Assembly: GCA_963692915.1 (NCBI GenBank)
Contig: OY843584.1
Location: 1,312,001-1,376,000 of the forward strand
Reading direction: 5' to 3'
DNA: 64,000 nucleotides
From: Cenarchaeum sp.
GTDB lineage: Archaea > Thermoproteota > Nitrososphaeria > Nitrososphaerales > Nitrosopumilaceae
In this document: positions 51,401-59,978 of the stretch, one piece after another
Layout: each line of letters starts with the position of its first letter
How positions within the stretch are numbered: position 1 is the stretch's first letter
Notes under the pieces: model-generated
What the model was told of the DNA's origin: nothing
Databases searched by the model: none
The model's input: the letters and a program-made list of their open reading frames with translations, nothing else
Program-made: the position numbers and the translations under genes

Positions 51401-52914
51401 GAAGGCGTCGCCATCTCCTCGCTGAGTGTCACGAGAATCGTGTCGCTGTCCGTAAACTCGGCAATGCCCACAGGCGAGGCGTTATCCGTGGCCAGCACGC
51501 TGGTTCTGTTTTGCACGATAATTGAGCTTGAAACCCCAAAGGTGGGGATTGTGTGCGTGTGCGCTATGAGCGGCGTAGACGTCAGGAACCTTTTGGCGTT
51601 CTCCCCCGTAAAGCCCAGATCCAGTGTGGTGGATCCCTCAGTAAAGGTAAAGCTCGATGCTATGACCGCTAGGTTTGGGTACTCTGCGGTGGGATCGACG
51701 GTGTTAATTCCCCTACCGTTGATGTCAATCCCCCTACTGGTCTGGGCGGTATCATATCTCTTAATATTGGCATCTACGGCCAGCGAATCGCCATATGCGT
51801 GGATGTAAAAGTCGGCGATACGGTCTAATGCGCCTCCCGCAACTCTTGAACTATGGCTTGATAGGTCCGACCTGACGCCCGTGTCGAACGTTATCCTGAG
51901 TATGCCGCCGTCCCTCACCTCGGCCATGAACGTCGGCACGATTCTCACAGTGGCGGTGATACCGTTGGATCCCGTCACCATCGCGACAAGGTTATCGCTG
52001 GGATCGGAGAGGCCTGTGCCGGTGTACGTTATCATCGGCGTCGCGGCAGCCGACAGGCCAGAGTGCGTGAGCGTGAAAGCAGTTTGGGACACAGCCGTCT
52101 CCGGCGAGACTCCGCTCACCGTGGCGCCGGTGACGCCCCAATCGCTGGCACTAGTTGTCCCTTTGACCGACTCGGTGAACGTTACTACAACAGTCGACGT
52201 GGTCCTAGTCTCGGCCGTGAACGTCGGTGCGATCCCGTCGGTGGCGTGGACTTCATTACTCCCCACGGTTGCGACGGTGTTCGTTGCACCATCCTGGAGC
52301 GTCGTACCGCTGTACGTTATTTCCGGCTGCGCGCCAGGACCCACCGTGGCCGAGTGCGTGATCACAAACTCGGTGACGCCTGTGGAGGGGGACGTCGGCG
52401 TGATTCCGCTCACCGTGGTGGATTGGACGCCCCACTCGGTGTGCGTAGTTGTCCCGGTGACGGCCTCGTCGAACATTATGGTAGTAGTCGTCGTGGATGT
52501 AGTCTCGGCCGTGAGCGTCGGTGCGGCTCCGTCAGTGGCCCGGAGGTTATCTTCTAACGCCACGGTCGCGACGGGGGTCATTCCAGTAGAATCCGAGAGA
52601 CCCGTGCCGCTGTACGTTATGCGCGGCGTCGCGTCAGCCGACAGGCCAGAGTGCGTGATCAGTATCCTAGTCGCACTAGCTTCGATGTTCATCACCGTGG
52701 CGCCTTCGACGCCCCACTCGGTGGCCGCAGTCATCCCGAGGAGGGACCCGCTGGGCGTTATGACGACAGTCGTCGTGCTCGAAGTCGCGGCCGTGAGCGT
52801 TGGCGCCGCCGGCGTCTGCGCCCACGCGTCTGGCACTGCGGCAACTACTGTGGCCATAGCCAGCGCCACAACCATGATCGCCATGGATACCGCTCCCATC
52901 ACGGCACGCCTCAC
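42457..52914 (-). CDS. Giant (3485 aa) secreted/surface protein with Ig-like beta-sandwich repeats
   Basis: Signal peptide ending AWA-Q; Thr/Asp-rich repeats (T.....TFSE.V, D...P); internal duplications; C-terminal DCTSPTLG...GGFTYNG region. Confidence 0.9.
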   Translation of the reverse strand: MRRAVMGAVSMAIMVVALAMATVVAAVPDAWAQTPAAPTLTAATSSTTTVVITPSGSLLGMTAATEWGVEGATVMNIEASATRILITHSGLSADATPRITYSGTGLSDSTGMTPVATVALEDNLRATDGAAPTLTAETTSTTTTTIMFDEAVTGTTTHTEWGVQSTTVSGITPTSPSTGVTEFVITHSATVGPGAQPEITYSGTTLQDGATNTVATVGSNEVHATDGIAPTFTAETRTTSTVVVTFTESVKGTTSASDWGVTGATVSGVSPETAVSQTAFTLTHSGLSAAATPMITYTGTGLSDPSDNLVAMVTGSNGITATVRIVPTFMAEVRDGGILRITFDTGVRSDLSSHSSRVAGGALDRIADFYIHAYGDSLAVDANIKRYDTAQTSRGIDINGRGINTVDPTAEYPNLAVIASSFTFTEGSTTLDLGFTGENAKRFLTSTPLIAHTHTIPTFGVSSSIIVQNRTSVLATDNASPVGIAEFTDSDTILVTLSEEMATPSGMRTSAAGVVPAVIEATGITVADSGGANVALSTTSPPTFTAHTPPKASHPRHPFLHPTLEINLAAPATGGSAYTIDFGTLVAAGGPAGKRAVGDVTLTAPTNPPTFTVNKLSNTRLMVTFSEEVRQIPGQTRAPADWSIETSPGDSTDNIVSPSAADYGFNFADLTLAPADAVGSTVLPTVRYAPVTASIESLSGADLPTTPSGSPIASSATPIPLSASHTRTAAGASEITVTFSARVQVQPASTMVPVSDFDIPGITIGTVTFTNPSDTATLGGFSADPAEVYRVSYTGTTLVPNIAGDLADLPRVPMRTVEASDDYLPLILSARTRSTTTIDVTLSEAVEFKSSSATAAQQNAHWKTTLGSTDTAVTGVAIDGSTVTLTVASADAWGATDVPDVTYDRELTAPVGSDNGRITDGADNELVDDTVIDTVNGLTFGVNSITTGAVLTDIGGQRDPADNTYDEYIDVELTRLVQIRSGTVAQRVAHWTVTDDSGTAVTVSDVVLVAEMPGQPSTTVRLNLASNLPSTGETPTVLYTQGALQGSINISGETERLATFTSAVGAVDGIPPRLTEYPTAADSTPGTADNDRLAIGFTFSEEIDPDSLGDATELAYISHQLQVATSMVPGSQRALSGSQELHHNNCESGTSWLATSYGILRSADSGATFTTTDTTVDPYLGADGNFVRYVFAAPSNTRNDPQEVTGFCITETARPQDTADNYYVTNLDDSMPLDGQAAFVADGGSAAAYRADRDNFHLYDPATRGAYGMFNVVLDKTGPEFLAAARSETTVDVLYREPVKLVDGATLDAAEWRLDLTPNVSTDNDDTSANWVTPDTISHEFDEFDNPYYWAYGRDGNRDDFEPIDGTRLTITLGGFTDLDPNLKSAATDLRPTIHYIADGSSDVIDMYGNLAPATANARLVDATPPLPTVAFTSLTEATFTYQEPIGAYGTSTSYDIYLTGGAPADSIIQQPTTYTPATSSAPASVRAALSSMPTDAEYTARIHSGGPVTDTLGPTGAVAPLTWYDRNEHGTVPASPNIPATNIIVKPAFITGLTLPQPPTFTATTTSINTVDLEFSESVARVDATPLNVANWAAELVAADATPTARTPTTTDDIAVMAVSTLANDMLTLTLDPADANIGNTAKKVFITYTASTSEIVSSPPAATLARNLAQNTAALATDGAPPIPTAAITALREITLTFAEAPTADPTRTGITYEVYTIADTATNLASSTAPTYTAATSSTPATVTIPIAADLANTMHTVRITSSATASIMDAVMERLPDTQDISVPTPPGPTFSGVTTAQDKVLITFGSTVERIGVTPANLDFTNWAAELVAADATPTARTSATTDDIAVTAVSALASNMLTLTLDPADANIGDTTKKVFVTYTASTSEIRNEFGIGLAQNEGGLATDAAPPEILSAITASELTSRGANPDDPADDVHSDYTLVTFSEPVRITPGSSTLRSAHWSLSDDDPDAASPGDGPSVRVTGASVEDIGVVRISHDSLSSTASTPYIEYDPTTSNFGRIASEVGALSAMTIGIADELEVADGISPRLVGLPTRGDLTPLTTGNDMEAIVLEFSEALSPASVTTSGMAGDALGTAATNPSLRANLQLEGSSPSGNRAAVRADTACFTGTDWLPTSTSLALNADGSTHLGNDGNTLRTAGPGARDVKVDQRIGWICLTSNNPVGIADVAGNTYITPHEPPHGQFIVVHDSTAPEFIAGVTSETTIEVIYREPVKLMTGAVLDASDWRVDTSPEDMMDNVDTDDDWVTPTVSHSFGAFVQPEFFAFGAPNHILDVEMHEDFPEAQKHIDTNSQLTVTLSGLTGLDPNRAAATPDLRPVVHYVGTNDIADMYDNVAPTMVSARTMDSTPPRVMTISTAVTTTATEMLPIPDRQFARAEDPAVVDVRFAVTLDEDQKTGTVPTIALFTTLTSFTTVPAESERAEKRIWPMVRTETGNDRMWHFDWPATPNFPGESARNWVAGADVPFGIRVSDAEDNVAIYTHRSTYTDGNAIVRVDTRAPVITEQSLMGRLAGSTGEYTSSVGRDGGGIALTFTMDETPERLVGFDKDDITFFTDTAATSLSGTGTSSDPYVATSVIPEGHAEGFNAVDWTITVMDKYGRSTTLSNDPADLDDSTAGLGFRVDNTAPVITASSVTIDQTTYPTRATDRSKAGDTITTMVTFNEPILMAPSVMGTGSTLGEAGARVSAEFRIPEPVMTEVDGSDMMKWTHEFTVPERADMELLDAVYKPSILMQADEAGNEAMLMILEDEVRMDNVPPSVTNAAVLVRTDSMGNSDPWLALYYDEADALDTSTIRLYRNDTLSAVHIDLASGTLLMNTIVDTGGHPICDIENSELVCPMPSTHPAGGRFEINFDQGSGTADATSLTDLSHNPISWDQPPARPDPSGNVLGVSGFDLNELDFLGASPVPISGSGNGDPIVSLGGTGLTAAGGMLSDTILYTPSQAPNVEVLLAQDTEALGLDDPTDLADVPMLALLEREAEHETGTTEYYTTLLENERYEDDSERATRALATRAPLTVVDAGSAERTVQLSEPARIGIRGAESSLYVYYIEGTDTMTRTDDVLHAIDECEDSSVDMADPSDVGPHMGVTGDTNDMGNQECYVRGSDTLYIWTNHFTPFGASSQQLSRGGSGCDDCTSPTLGIDSTGERRVAGGFTYNGEVHDVEYYYTPMPLIEVETGVENVAVLKIYEDSGVSRIAHAGLAFGLGRGQHFAESEAGISVDISHTGALSVSLDDASGAIDAETLRATAERTDCMRGSVAECLEVTIYHTFREPLDFDVVSTSIWDTRLNSWQNFFNHGVHVDGESLNPSRGVEVNGGELVLFPLISAHVDEDGDGIYDYDERHVTYMLDENYSVWRLTPDGTYAPLRNLYSLHHEIDDAMYADARIRTHGAERSSDLFAMELDRQEKIAMEIMAEMGVAIEVDDVPEAVASPYEDMVVIPRLERLSDDIAQEINLAERILDSVRE

Positions 52915-53149
52915 ATTGTGAGTATATAATAATGTCGGTGCCTAGTGACGTGTGCCTTGCGCGGGTGGGCAGGGGGAGCAGTGCCCAACACGCTCCACGC
53001 CCACGGGGGGGAGCACGGCGGGGCAGGCAGGGCTCTACCCACGGGCAGCCCTGACACGGCCCCGGCCGGACACGGGAGGGCGGGGGGAGCCCCAGAGGCG
53101 CGCAGAGCCTGCCAGGGAGCACCCCCAGGGGGCGCATGACCGACCCAGG

Positions 53150-53706
53150 GCCTTTCCCCATGTGCGCGATATTGACGACTGCGCCATGCTCCCCAAAGAC
53201 CTCGAGGAACCGCGCATGGCGCCCCCCATAGTACAGCATCGCGCACAGCATCGCGCACGCCATCGGCGCGCCGTTACAGCCCTCCCGCCCGTTGACCAGG
53301 AACTTTGGACGCGTGTCGCGCAAAAAGCAGATCGCCGTCGCCCGACCAAACACAAGGCGCTTCCAGTGCCCCGTGTTGGTCGCAACGGGGACACGGGGGC
53401 CAGCACCTCCGAGCCACACTCGTCATGCGCGTCTGCGCACTTGCGCAGCCAGTCAGATATCCCTGTGCCATGTTTCCTGTCGGCGCCATAGGGGGGCTGA
53501 CATGGATCCTCGCACAGTCCCACGTGTGCTGCAGGCCGTCATCTCTAGGCGGCACGAGCTTCTTGTCGGCCTCCACTATCGAGTGCGGGCCCGAGCACGG
53601 GTCAAGGCAGATCGTGTCGCCAAACGCCCTGCAGACGGCATCAGCGTAGACTTTGGGCGTTCCCCAGTCCTTCCTTTTTGTGATCGCCACCCCTGCCCGC
53701 AGTCAT
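53150..53706 (-). pseudogene. Frameshifted phage-Dam-like DNA N6-adenine methyltransferase
   Basis: MTAGR / DWGTP..LDPCS..DDGL..W / SPPYG..DWLRKC / VPVATNT..W..F segments are separated by three frameshifts. Confidence 0.75.
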
Positions 53707-54199
53707 TCCCGCGGCCTCGTATCCCGGAGCCGGCTCTTGTAGTTTTGAAGGTCAGACAGTGGCACGGACTCTGGAGCCATTGCGTTAAACCATGACTCAA
53801 TCTGTCCCGTGTTGGACTAGAGATATTCTTCAAGCTCAAGATGCGCGTCATGGCGCATGTTAATTGTAGTGAACTGGGTTCCAGTCTTGTTGTCTTTTGC
53901 GCAAATAGGCCAGAGGCCGCTGTCGGCTCCCTTCCTCCCGGAGACCGTCGGCGGCGTCCCTGCGCCGTTCACGCCGGGCGCAGGGCAGGGATATGCGCCC
54001 GCGATGCGGTGTCAGGCGACTTTGCCCCCGACGAGCCACTCTGCTGCCATTATGAGATACGCCGTGCGTTATTTTTGGGTTGTCGAGTCACGGCCCCTGG
54101 CAGGGGCGCCTGAGCCCGATGGGGTGTCATGGGTGCTAGCCTAGAGCCTTACCGGCCACAGGCTCCCGTGCGGCTCCCAACGGGCCGCGGTGCCTGAGA

Positions 54200-54960
54200 C
54201 GTCGCCTCGCGCATACTCGCGTACAGGGCCTATCCCTCGCGGGATCATTCGTGGACAGGGCCGTTAATGTGGGCACGGTGCCCTGCGCGCCCCGCATTTT
54301 GGCATGTGGGAGGGCGCGGGGTCAGGCTCGTCGATCTCCTTTTCCTCCCGGATCGGATTGCCGTGATGCCTGCCGGTCTGCCATGATCTGCGCCCCGCAG
54401 GACATTTTGCCCCCGCTCCTGCTTTTTGTACGAGGCGCATGGCAATGACGCCACACTTGTCGCATGTGCCCACGTTGGCCCTCGTGGCGCATGTGCCATC
54501 CCAGGGGGCCGACAGCCGAGCTGCCCAATGTCACCTTTGCGGCGTAACGGGCGTTTTGATGTCATTTGGCAAAAGCTGCTAGCCGGCGCCCATGGCCGGG
54601 GATAAAAGCGCGCAGAACGTCCCAAGGAAACCAAAACAGGGGAAAGTGGAAGTTTTGCCTATGCGGGCATCTCTAGCTTTTTCATGTCAAACCCCTCGAC
54701 GAGGCGCCATTTCTGTCCCTTTGGCGTGGCCGCCTTGAAGACCATGTCGGCGTGCTCGATCATGCCGATCCTCCCGGCCTCGGCAACGACATCCCATGCC
54801 TCCTCCTCCTCCTCCCCCCCGGTGAGATCGCCCATAATGCGCGTCACGAGCTCAGTCGCCGGCAGGGGTCCATAGATACCCAGTCCCCTCGCGATGAATC
54901 GCATCGCATCTTGCCTTTCCGGGTTCATCAGGGTCATCACGGTTGTGGCGTTATTAAAAT
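54200..54960. repeat. Segmental duplication unit (also ~62510-63290 and, partially, ~57680-58280)
   Basis: Near-identical non-coding block plus W gene; matching shadow ORFs at 54245, 57505 and 62577. Confidence 0.85.
54659..54928 (-). CDS. Family W copy 14 (LTGGEEEEEAW expansion)
   Basis: Family motif, 89 aa. Confidence 0.8.
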   Translation of the reverse strand: MNPERQDAMRFIARGLGIYGPLPATELVTRIMGDLTGGEEEEEAWDVVAEAGRIGMIEHADMVFKAATPKGQKWRLVEGFDMKKLEMPA

Positions 54961-55141
54961 CTGGTGCGTTAATGTGGACACAATGCCCTGCGCGCCCCGC
55001 ATTTTGGCATGTGGGAGGGCGCGCGGGGTCAGGGCCACCGGCCTCCTTTTCCTCCAGGGCAGGATTGCCATGATCTGCGCCCTGGGCCATTTTGCCCCTA
55101 CTGCTTTTTGCACAGGGCAGCAAAAACAATGGGGGGTGTGC

Positions 55142-55399
55142 CTATGCGGGCATCTCTAGCTTTTTCATGTCGAATCCCTCGACGAGGCGCCATTTCTGTC
55201 CCTTTGGCGTGGCCGCCTTGAAGACCATGTCGGCGTGCTCGATCATGCCGATCCTCCCGGCCTCGGCAACGACATCCCATGCCTCCTCTTCGGTGAGATC
55301 TCCCACAATGTGCGTCACGAGCTCAGTCGCCGGCAGGGGCCCATAGATACCCAGTCCCCTCGCAATGACTCGCAGTGCGTCTTGCCTTGCTAGGTCCAT
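55142..55399 (-). CDS. Family W copy 15
   Basis: Family motif and conserved promoter. Confidence 0.8.
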   Translation of the reverse strand: MDLARQDALRVIARGLGIYGPLPATELVTHIVGDLTEEEAWDVVAEAGRIGMIEHADMVFKAATPKGQKWRLVEGFDMKKLEMPA

Positions 55400-55452
55400 C
55401 AGGGTCGTCACGGTTGTGGCATTATTAAAATCTAGTGCGTAAATCTAGGCAC

Positions 55453-56544
55453 TGCCTTGTACGAAAAGTAGTGGACTGGGCAGGAATGCTTGCCCGGCGC
55501 AGATCCGGGAGCCCCCGGAGGGCCGTCGGCGCGGGCAGGCTGCCGAAACACACGTTTGGGGGACTCCGCCGCCGGCGCGCCATGCCGGTCAGGAGGCTGG
55601 ACGCGCGGGCGCTCCGGTACGTGGCAAGGACGCTTGCGACCCGGAGCGCCGAGGAGCTGGCGCAGGAGCTCGGGATTTCCAGGTCGTGGGCATACGAGCT
55701 GCGCGCGCACTGCAGGCGAACCGGCGCGCCGCCGGAGCCGCGGCCGATGGGGAGGCCGCGCAGGGACGTCACCGACGGCGAGGTGGCCGAGGTCCTCGGC
55801 GAGCACGCCGACCGGCCGGCCGGCGTCGTGCGCGTGGCCGAGGGGCTGCGCGGCAACAACTCAAAAATAACGTACTGGTCGGTGTACCGCATCATGCTGG
55901 CGGAGGGTCTCGTCACGAGGTCGCGGGCGAAGTCGCGCAGGCGAAAGTGGGTCAGGTTCGAGCGCGCGCACTCCAACGCGATGTGGCACGTGGACTGGCA
56001 CATAATGAAATACGGGCCCCTGAGGGGCTCGCACCTCATAGTGTTCCTCGACGACGCGTCGCGGTGCGTCACGGGCTTTGGCGTGTTCGCCGGGGCCACG
56101 TCGGAAAACTCCGTGCTTGCGCTGCGAAAGGCGATCAGGATGTTTGGCGCGCCGGCGCAGATCCTCTCGGACCACGGCACGCAGTTCACGGCGACCAGGC
56201 GCGGCACGCCGAGCCGCAGCTGGACGCCGACGCTCTTCGAGCGGGAGCTGCTGGACCGCGACATAGCGCACCTCATGGCGCGCGTCCGCCACCCCCAGAC
56301 CAACGGCAAGGTCGAGAGGTTCTTCCAGACGCTCGAGACGGAGATCGGCCACTTTGGCGGGGTTCCCGAGTTCATCGCGTACTACAACGAGAGGCGCCTC
56401 CACTTCGCCCTGGACATCAAGGGCGGCGAGACGCCCCTGCTGGCCTTCAGGAGGCGGAGGGCCGACGGGCGGGTCCGGGCGGGGAACCCGAGGTGGATGG
56501 AGGTGGACTCGAATGACTGAGTCCACTACTTTTCGTATAAAACA
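55453..56544 (+). mobile_element. IS481-family insertion sequence (second isoform)
   Basis: TIRs TGCCTTGTACGAAAAGTAGTGGACT / AGTCCACTACTTTTCGTATAAAACA; 15-bp TSD CGTAAATCTAGGCAC at 55438-55452 and 56545-56559. Confidence 0.9.
55582..56520 (+). CDS. IS481-family DDE transposase
   Basis: Paralog of 38348..39286 with intact DDE motifs. Confidence 0.92.
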   Translation: MPVRRLDARALRYVARTLATRSAEELAQELGISRSWAYELRAHCRRTGAPPEPRPMGRPRRDVTDGEVAEVLGEHADRPAGVVRVAEGLRGNNSKITYWSVYRIMLAEGLVTRSRAKSRRRKWVRFERAHSNAMWHVDWHIMKYGPLRGSHLIVFLDDASRCVTGFGVFAGATSENSVLALRKAIRMFGAPAQILSDHGTQFTATRRGTPSRSWTPTLFERELLDRDIAHLMARVRHPQTNGKVERFFQTLETEIGHFGGVPEFIAYYNERRLHFALDIKGGETPLLAFRRRRADGRVRAGNPRWMEVDSND

Positions 56545-56711
56545 CGTAAATCTAGGCACGATGCCCTGCATTTTGACATATGGGAGGCGCCGGAGCACAG
56601 GCCGCGGCGAGGGATTCATTGGTGGCCCACACTGCGGCCGTGTGGGCAGGAGCCCAAACAGGAATATCACGCCATGCAGCCCCGCAACTCCCCGATGTGC
56701 GTGACTCTAGC

Positions 56712-57527
56712 TTATGCAAAGCGCACCGGTCCGAGGGGCGCATACCTCTTGATGATCTCTCCTGTTTGTAAATTAGGGATTGGCTTCTTGGAATGAAAAG
56801 TGATCTCAAGTGTGCCCTCTTCAATCGGGGTTCCGTTCTCCATCCGTATCTCGTCCTCTAAAACGCAAAAGCTCTTGGAACCCTGCAGAATTTCCGGATG
56901 GGGGGTTGCAAAAATAGATGTGTGTGAGAGTGGGAACATGTGCTCTCTATACTGTTCGGTGACCTTTATGCGGTATGACATGTCACGATTCTTTAGCCAG
57001 GGGGATTTTGTGACCGATGTTGCCACAAAATCGTGTCTAGTCGAGCGAAACTCGCGTGTTGCCAGCATATTATCAAGCTCTGCAATCTTTCCCACATAAC
57101 GCGAGAGCACGGTCGTGTTGGCCCATGCGTGTCGCAGCGAGACGCTATATGCGATTGCAAGCTCCTCGCAGCCACGGACCATCTTGTCGAGGTCGCATCT
57201 CTGGTATAGGTCGTTTAGGTTTTCGTTGTACTCGCCAATCCCGGATGCAGGCACCGCGACCAGGTGATTTCCAACTGTTAGTGATGCCATTTCCGGGTAG
57301 CGCACATGATCCGATACGTTTTGGTCAAATTTCGCCTGAGCGTCGAGGCATAGCCGGAGAAACGCGGGAATGCGCCTATCTGAGTCGAGGCCGTGCTTGA
57401 GAATTAGATCCAGGATCGCGTCCCGGCGCAGTGGAACGAACGTGCAGGGAGACGCCTTGATCGCAGCGTCAATGTGGGGATCTAGGGAGGCGATCAGATT
57501 GCGATCACGCGAATTCGGCGAGCTCAT
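56712..57527 (-). CDS. Putative ADP-ribosyltransferase (copy 4)
   Basis: TVLSRYV, DFVATS, LEDEIR; ATG start MSSPNSRD. Confidence 0.7.
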   Translation of the reverse strand: MSSPNSRDRNLIASLDPHIDAAIKASPCTFVPLRRDAILDLILKHGLDSDRRIPAFLRLCLDAQAKFDQNVSDHVRYPEMASLTVGNHLVAVPASGIGEYNENLNDLYQRCDLDKMVRGCEELAIAYSVSLRHAWANTTVLSRYVGKIAELDNMLATREFRSTRHDFVATSVTKSPWLKNRDMSYRIKVTEQYREHMFPLSHTSIFATPHPEILQGSKSFCVLEDEIRMENGTPIEEGTLEITFHSKKPIPNLQTGEIIKRYAPLGPVRFA

Positions 57528-57945
57528 TGGCAGTGCCAAAAATTGCCGATATAAAACACATGTGGGCTGATCGCAGTATGAGGTCAGCACCTCTCTGCTC
57601 ATTTGACCAAATGGGCGTGATCCTGCCTGTCGACTTGTCACTGCGGCACCTGTCCGGGCATGAGCGGGCAGGGGTGCTGACCTCATACCCATTTTGCCCC
57701 CGCTCCTGCTTTTTGTACGAGGCGCATGGCAATGACGCCACACTTGTCGCATGTGCCCACGTTGGCCCTCGTGGCGCATGTGCCATCCCAGGGGGCCGAC
57801 AGCCGAGCTGCCCAATGTCGCCTTTACGGCGTAACGGGCGTTTTGATGTCATTTGGCAAAAGCTGCTAGCCGGCGCCCATAGCCGGAGATAAAGGCGCGC
57901 AGAACGCCCCAAGGAAACCAAAACAGGGGGAAGTGGAAGTTTTGC

Positions 57946-58209
57946 CTATGCGGGCATCTCTAGCTTTTTCATGTCAAACCCCTCGACGAGGCGCCATTCC
58001 TGTCCATTTGGCATGACCGCCCTGAAGACCATGTCGACGCGCTCGATCATGCCGATCCTCTCGCCCTCGGCAACGACATCCCATGCCTCCTCCTCCCCCC
58101 CGGTGAGATCGCCCATAATGCGCGTCACGAGCTCAGTCGCCGGCAGGGATCCATAGATACCCAGTCCCCTCGCGATGAATCGCATCGCATCTTGCCTTTT
58201 CGGATCCAT
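57946..58209 (-). CDS. Family W copy 16
   Basis: Family motif, 87 aa. Confidence 0.8.
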   Translation of the reverse strand: MDPKRQDAMRFIARGLGIYGSLPATELVTRIMGDLTGGEEEAWDVVAEGERIGMIERVDMVFRAVMPNGQEWRLVEGFDMKKLEMPA

Positions 58210-58438
58210 CAGGGTCATCACGGTTGTGGCGTTATTAAAATCTGGTGCGTTAATGTGGACACAATGCCCTGCGCGCCCCGCATTTTGGCATGTGGGGGGC
58301 GCGGGGTCAGGGTAGTCGATCTCCTTTTCCTCCCGGGCAGGATTGCCGTGATGCTGCCGGTTTGCCGTGATCTGCGCCCTGGGCCATTTTGCCCCTGCTG
58401 CTTTTTGCACAGGGCAGCAAAAACAATGGGGGGTGTGC

Positions 58439-58699
58439 CTATGCGGGCATCTCTAGCTTTTTCATGTCAAATCCCCTGACGAGGCGCCACTCCTGCTCCT
58501 CCGGGGTGGCCGCCCCTATGATCATGTCGGCGTGCTCGATCATGCCGATCCTCTCTGCCTCGGCAATGACATCCCATGCGTCCTTTTCGGAGAGCGGGCC
58601 CATGAGCCGCGTTATGAACTCTGCCGAAGGAACGGTGCCATAGAGCTCCAGCCCCCTGGCAATGAACCGCAGATCCTCATCCCTGACCATGCTTATCAT
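58439..58699 (-). CDS. Family W copy 17
   Basis: Family motif (divergent); start approximate. Confidence 0.75.
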   Translation of the reverse strand: MISMVRDEDLRFIARGLELYGTVPSAEFITRLMGPLSEKDAWDVIAEAERIGMIEHADMIIGAATPEEQEWRLVRGFDMKKLEMPA

Positions 58700-58749
58700 G
58701 CTCATCATGATGATGGCGCCATTAAAACGTAATGCGTGAATGCGCGCAT

Positions 58750-59142
58750 TGCCTTGTACAAAAAGTAGGAGCGGGGCAAAATAGGATGAGGTCAGCACCT
58801 AGACTGCGCGCATGACCTCCTCGGTCACGCCCTTTCCCATTGGCCCCCCACGTCAGCAAGCGCGTCAGGGGGGTCGACGTGCGCCTGGCCGCCGCGCCCA
58901 CCTTGATCTGACCGCACATCCTGCGCCGCACGACCACGTCGCGCAACGCCCTCTCGGCGGCGTTCTTAGTGGACGCGACTCTGGCATGCTCGCAGGGCGC
59001 GAACATCCGCGGTGCGCCGGCGGCGGAGCCCCCCAAGCGCGTGTTTCGGCAGCCTGCCGGACCCGCCGGCCCCCCATGGGGCCCCCCCTGATCTGCGCCA
59101 GGCAGGCATTCCTGCCCAGTCCACTACTTTTCGTACAGGGCA
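58750..59142. mobile_element. IS481-derived non-autonomous remnant bounded by two left-end TIRs
   Basis: TGCCTTGTACAAAAAGTAGGAGCG at 58750; inverted GTCCACTACTTTTCGTACAGGGCA ending 59142, with decayed IS 5' region. No TSD. Confidence 0.7.
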
Positions 59143-59471
59143 AAGGCGCATCTCCCACAAAGTGGGACATTCAGCAAAGGCCAGCGACGGGATCGTTCAG
59201 GGTTTTGGGGCGGTCAGCTTTAGGTCTGGGAGATGCCCTAGCTAGTCGCGCGCCCTCGCCGTGGATCCGCCCCCAATAAAGGACAAAACGAGCCCGCATT
59301 GGCCATTCCGGGCTCAATGTGCCCGCCCTTGGGGTGTGCCTATGGCGTCTATTTGGAGCCCTGCGGAATGCCAGTTTCAGAGAATATGGGGGAGATTATG
59401 GCGCCGGCTAGGAGTGATCTGGCACTCTAAATGACGCACATTTAAAGAAGGGACTGTTGGCGAGCTGCGTG

Positions 59472-59978
59472 ATGAGCGCGACAACTGCCCGCCACAACCC
59501 CATGCTAGCCGACAACGAAAAGACGGTGGAGTTTATCAGGGGGTTTGTCGGCGAGGACGAAAAAAAGATCGCCGAGATTGAGGAGTGGGGCAAGAGGCGC
59601 CAGAGGCGCATCGACAGGCTCTGCCACTTTGTCGGCCTCCTCGAGCAGAACGGCATACTAAGGGAGGACGGCAAAGAGTTGGTGGGGGTTATGCGCGAAT
59701 TTGCCGCCACGCAGTGCTTTGCGATCGCCACAGCCCATAATCTAGACGGCATGGAGTACCAGTTCAACGACAGCCAGTCCGGCCCCCTCTGTGCTGCCAT
59801 ACATCTTGACTTTGCAGCCGTCAAGGCAGTGCCAGTCGAGTCGCCCACGGGTCTCTTTGCGAATCCCGAGGACGAGAGGAGGTTCTTGGAGACAGTCAGG
59901 GGCAAGAACCCCCGTGAGCTCGGTAGAATGGCTCGATCCCTGGTAATCGAGGAGAGAGACCGCGTGACTCTAGTATAG
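59472..59978 (+). CDS. Hypothetical protein with a SocA/Panacea(DUF4065)-like Y.F....GP motif
   Basis: MEYQFNDSQSGPLCAAIHLDF; ATTTAAAG ~25 nt upstream. Family resemblance is weak. Confidence 0.55.
   Translation: MSATTARHNPMLADNEKTVEFIRGFVGEDEKKIAEIEEWGKRRQRRIDRLCHFVGLLEQNGILREDGKELVGVMREFAATQCFAIATAHNLDGMEYQFNDSQSGPLCAAIHLDFAAVKAVPVESPTGLFANPEDERRFLETVRGKNPRELGRMARSLVIEERDRVTLV

Noticed and set aside
42968-52929. Long plus-strand ORFs opposite the giant protein (also 350..1759, 25507..26487 and similar)
   Set aside because: These are antisense shadow ORFs expected in GC-rich coding DNA.
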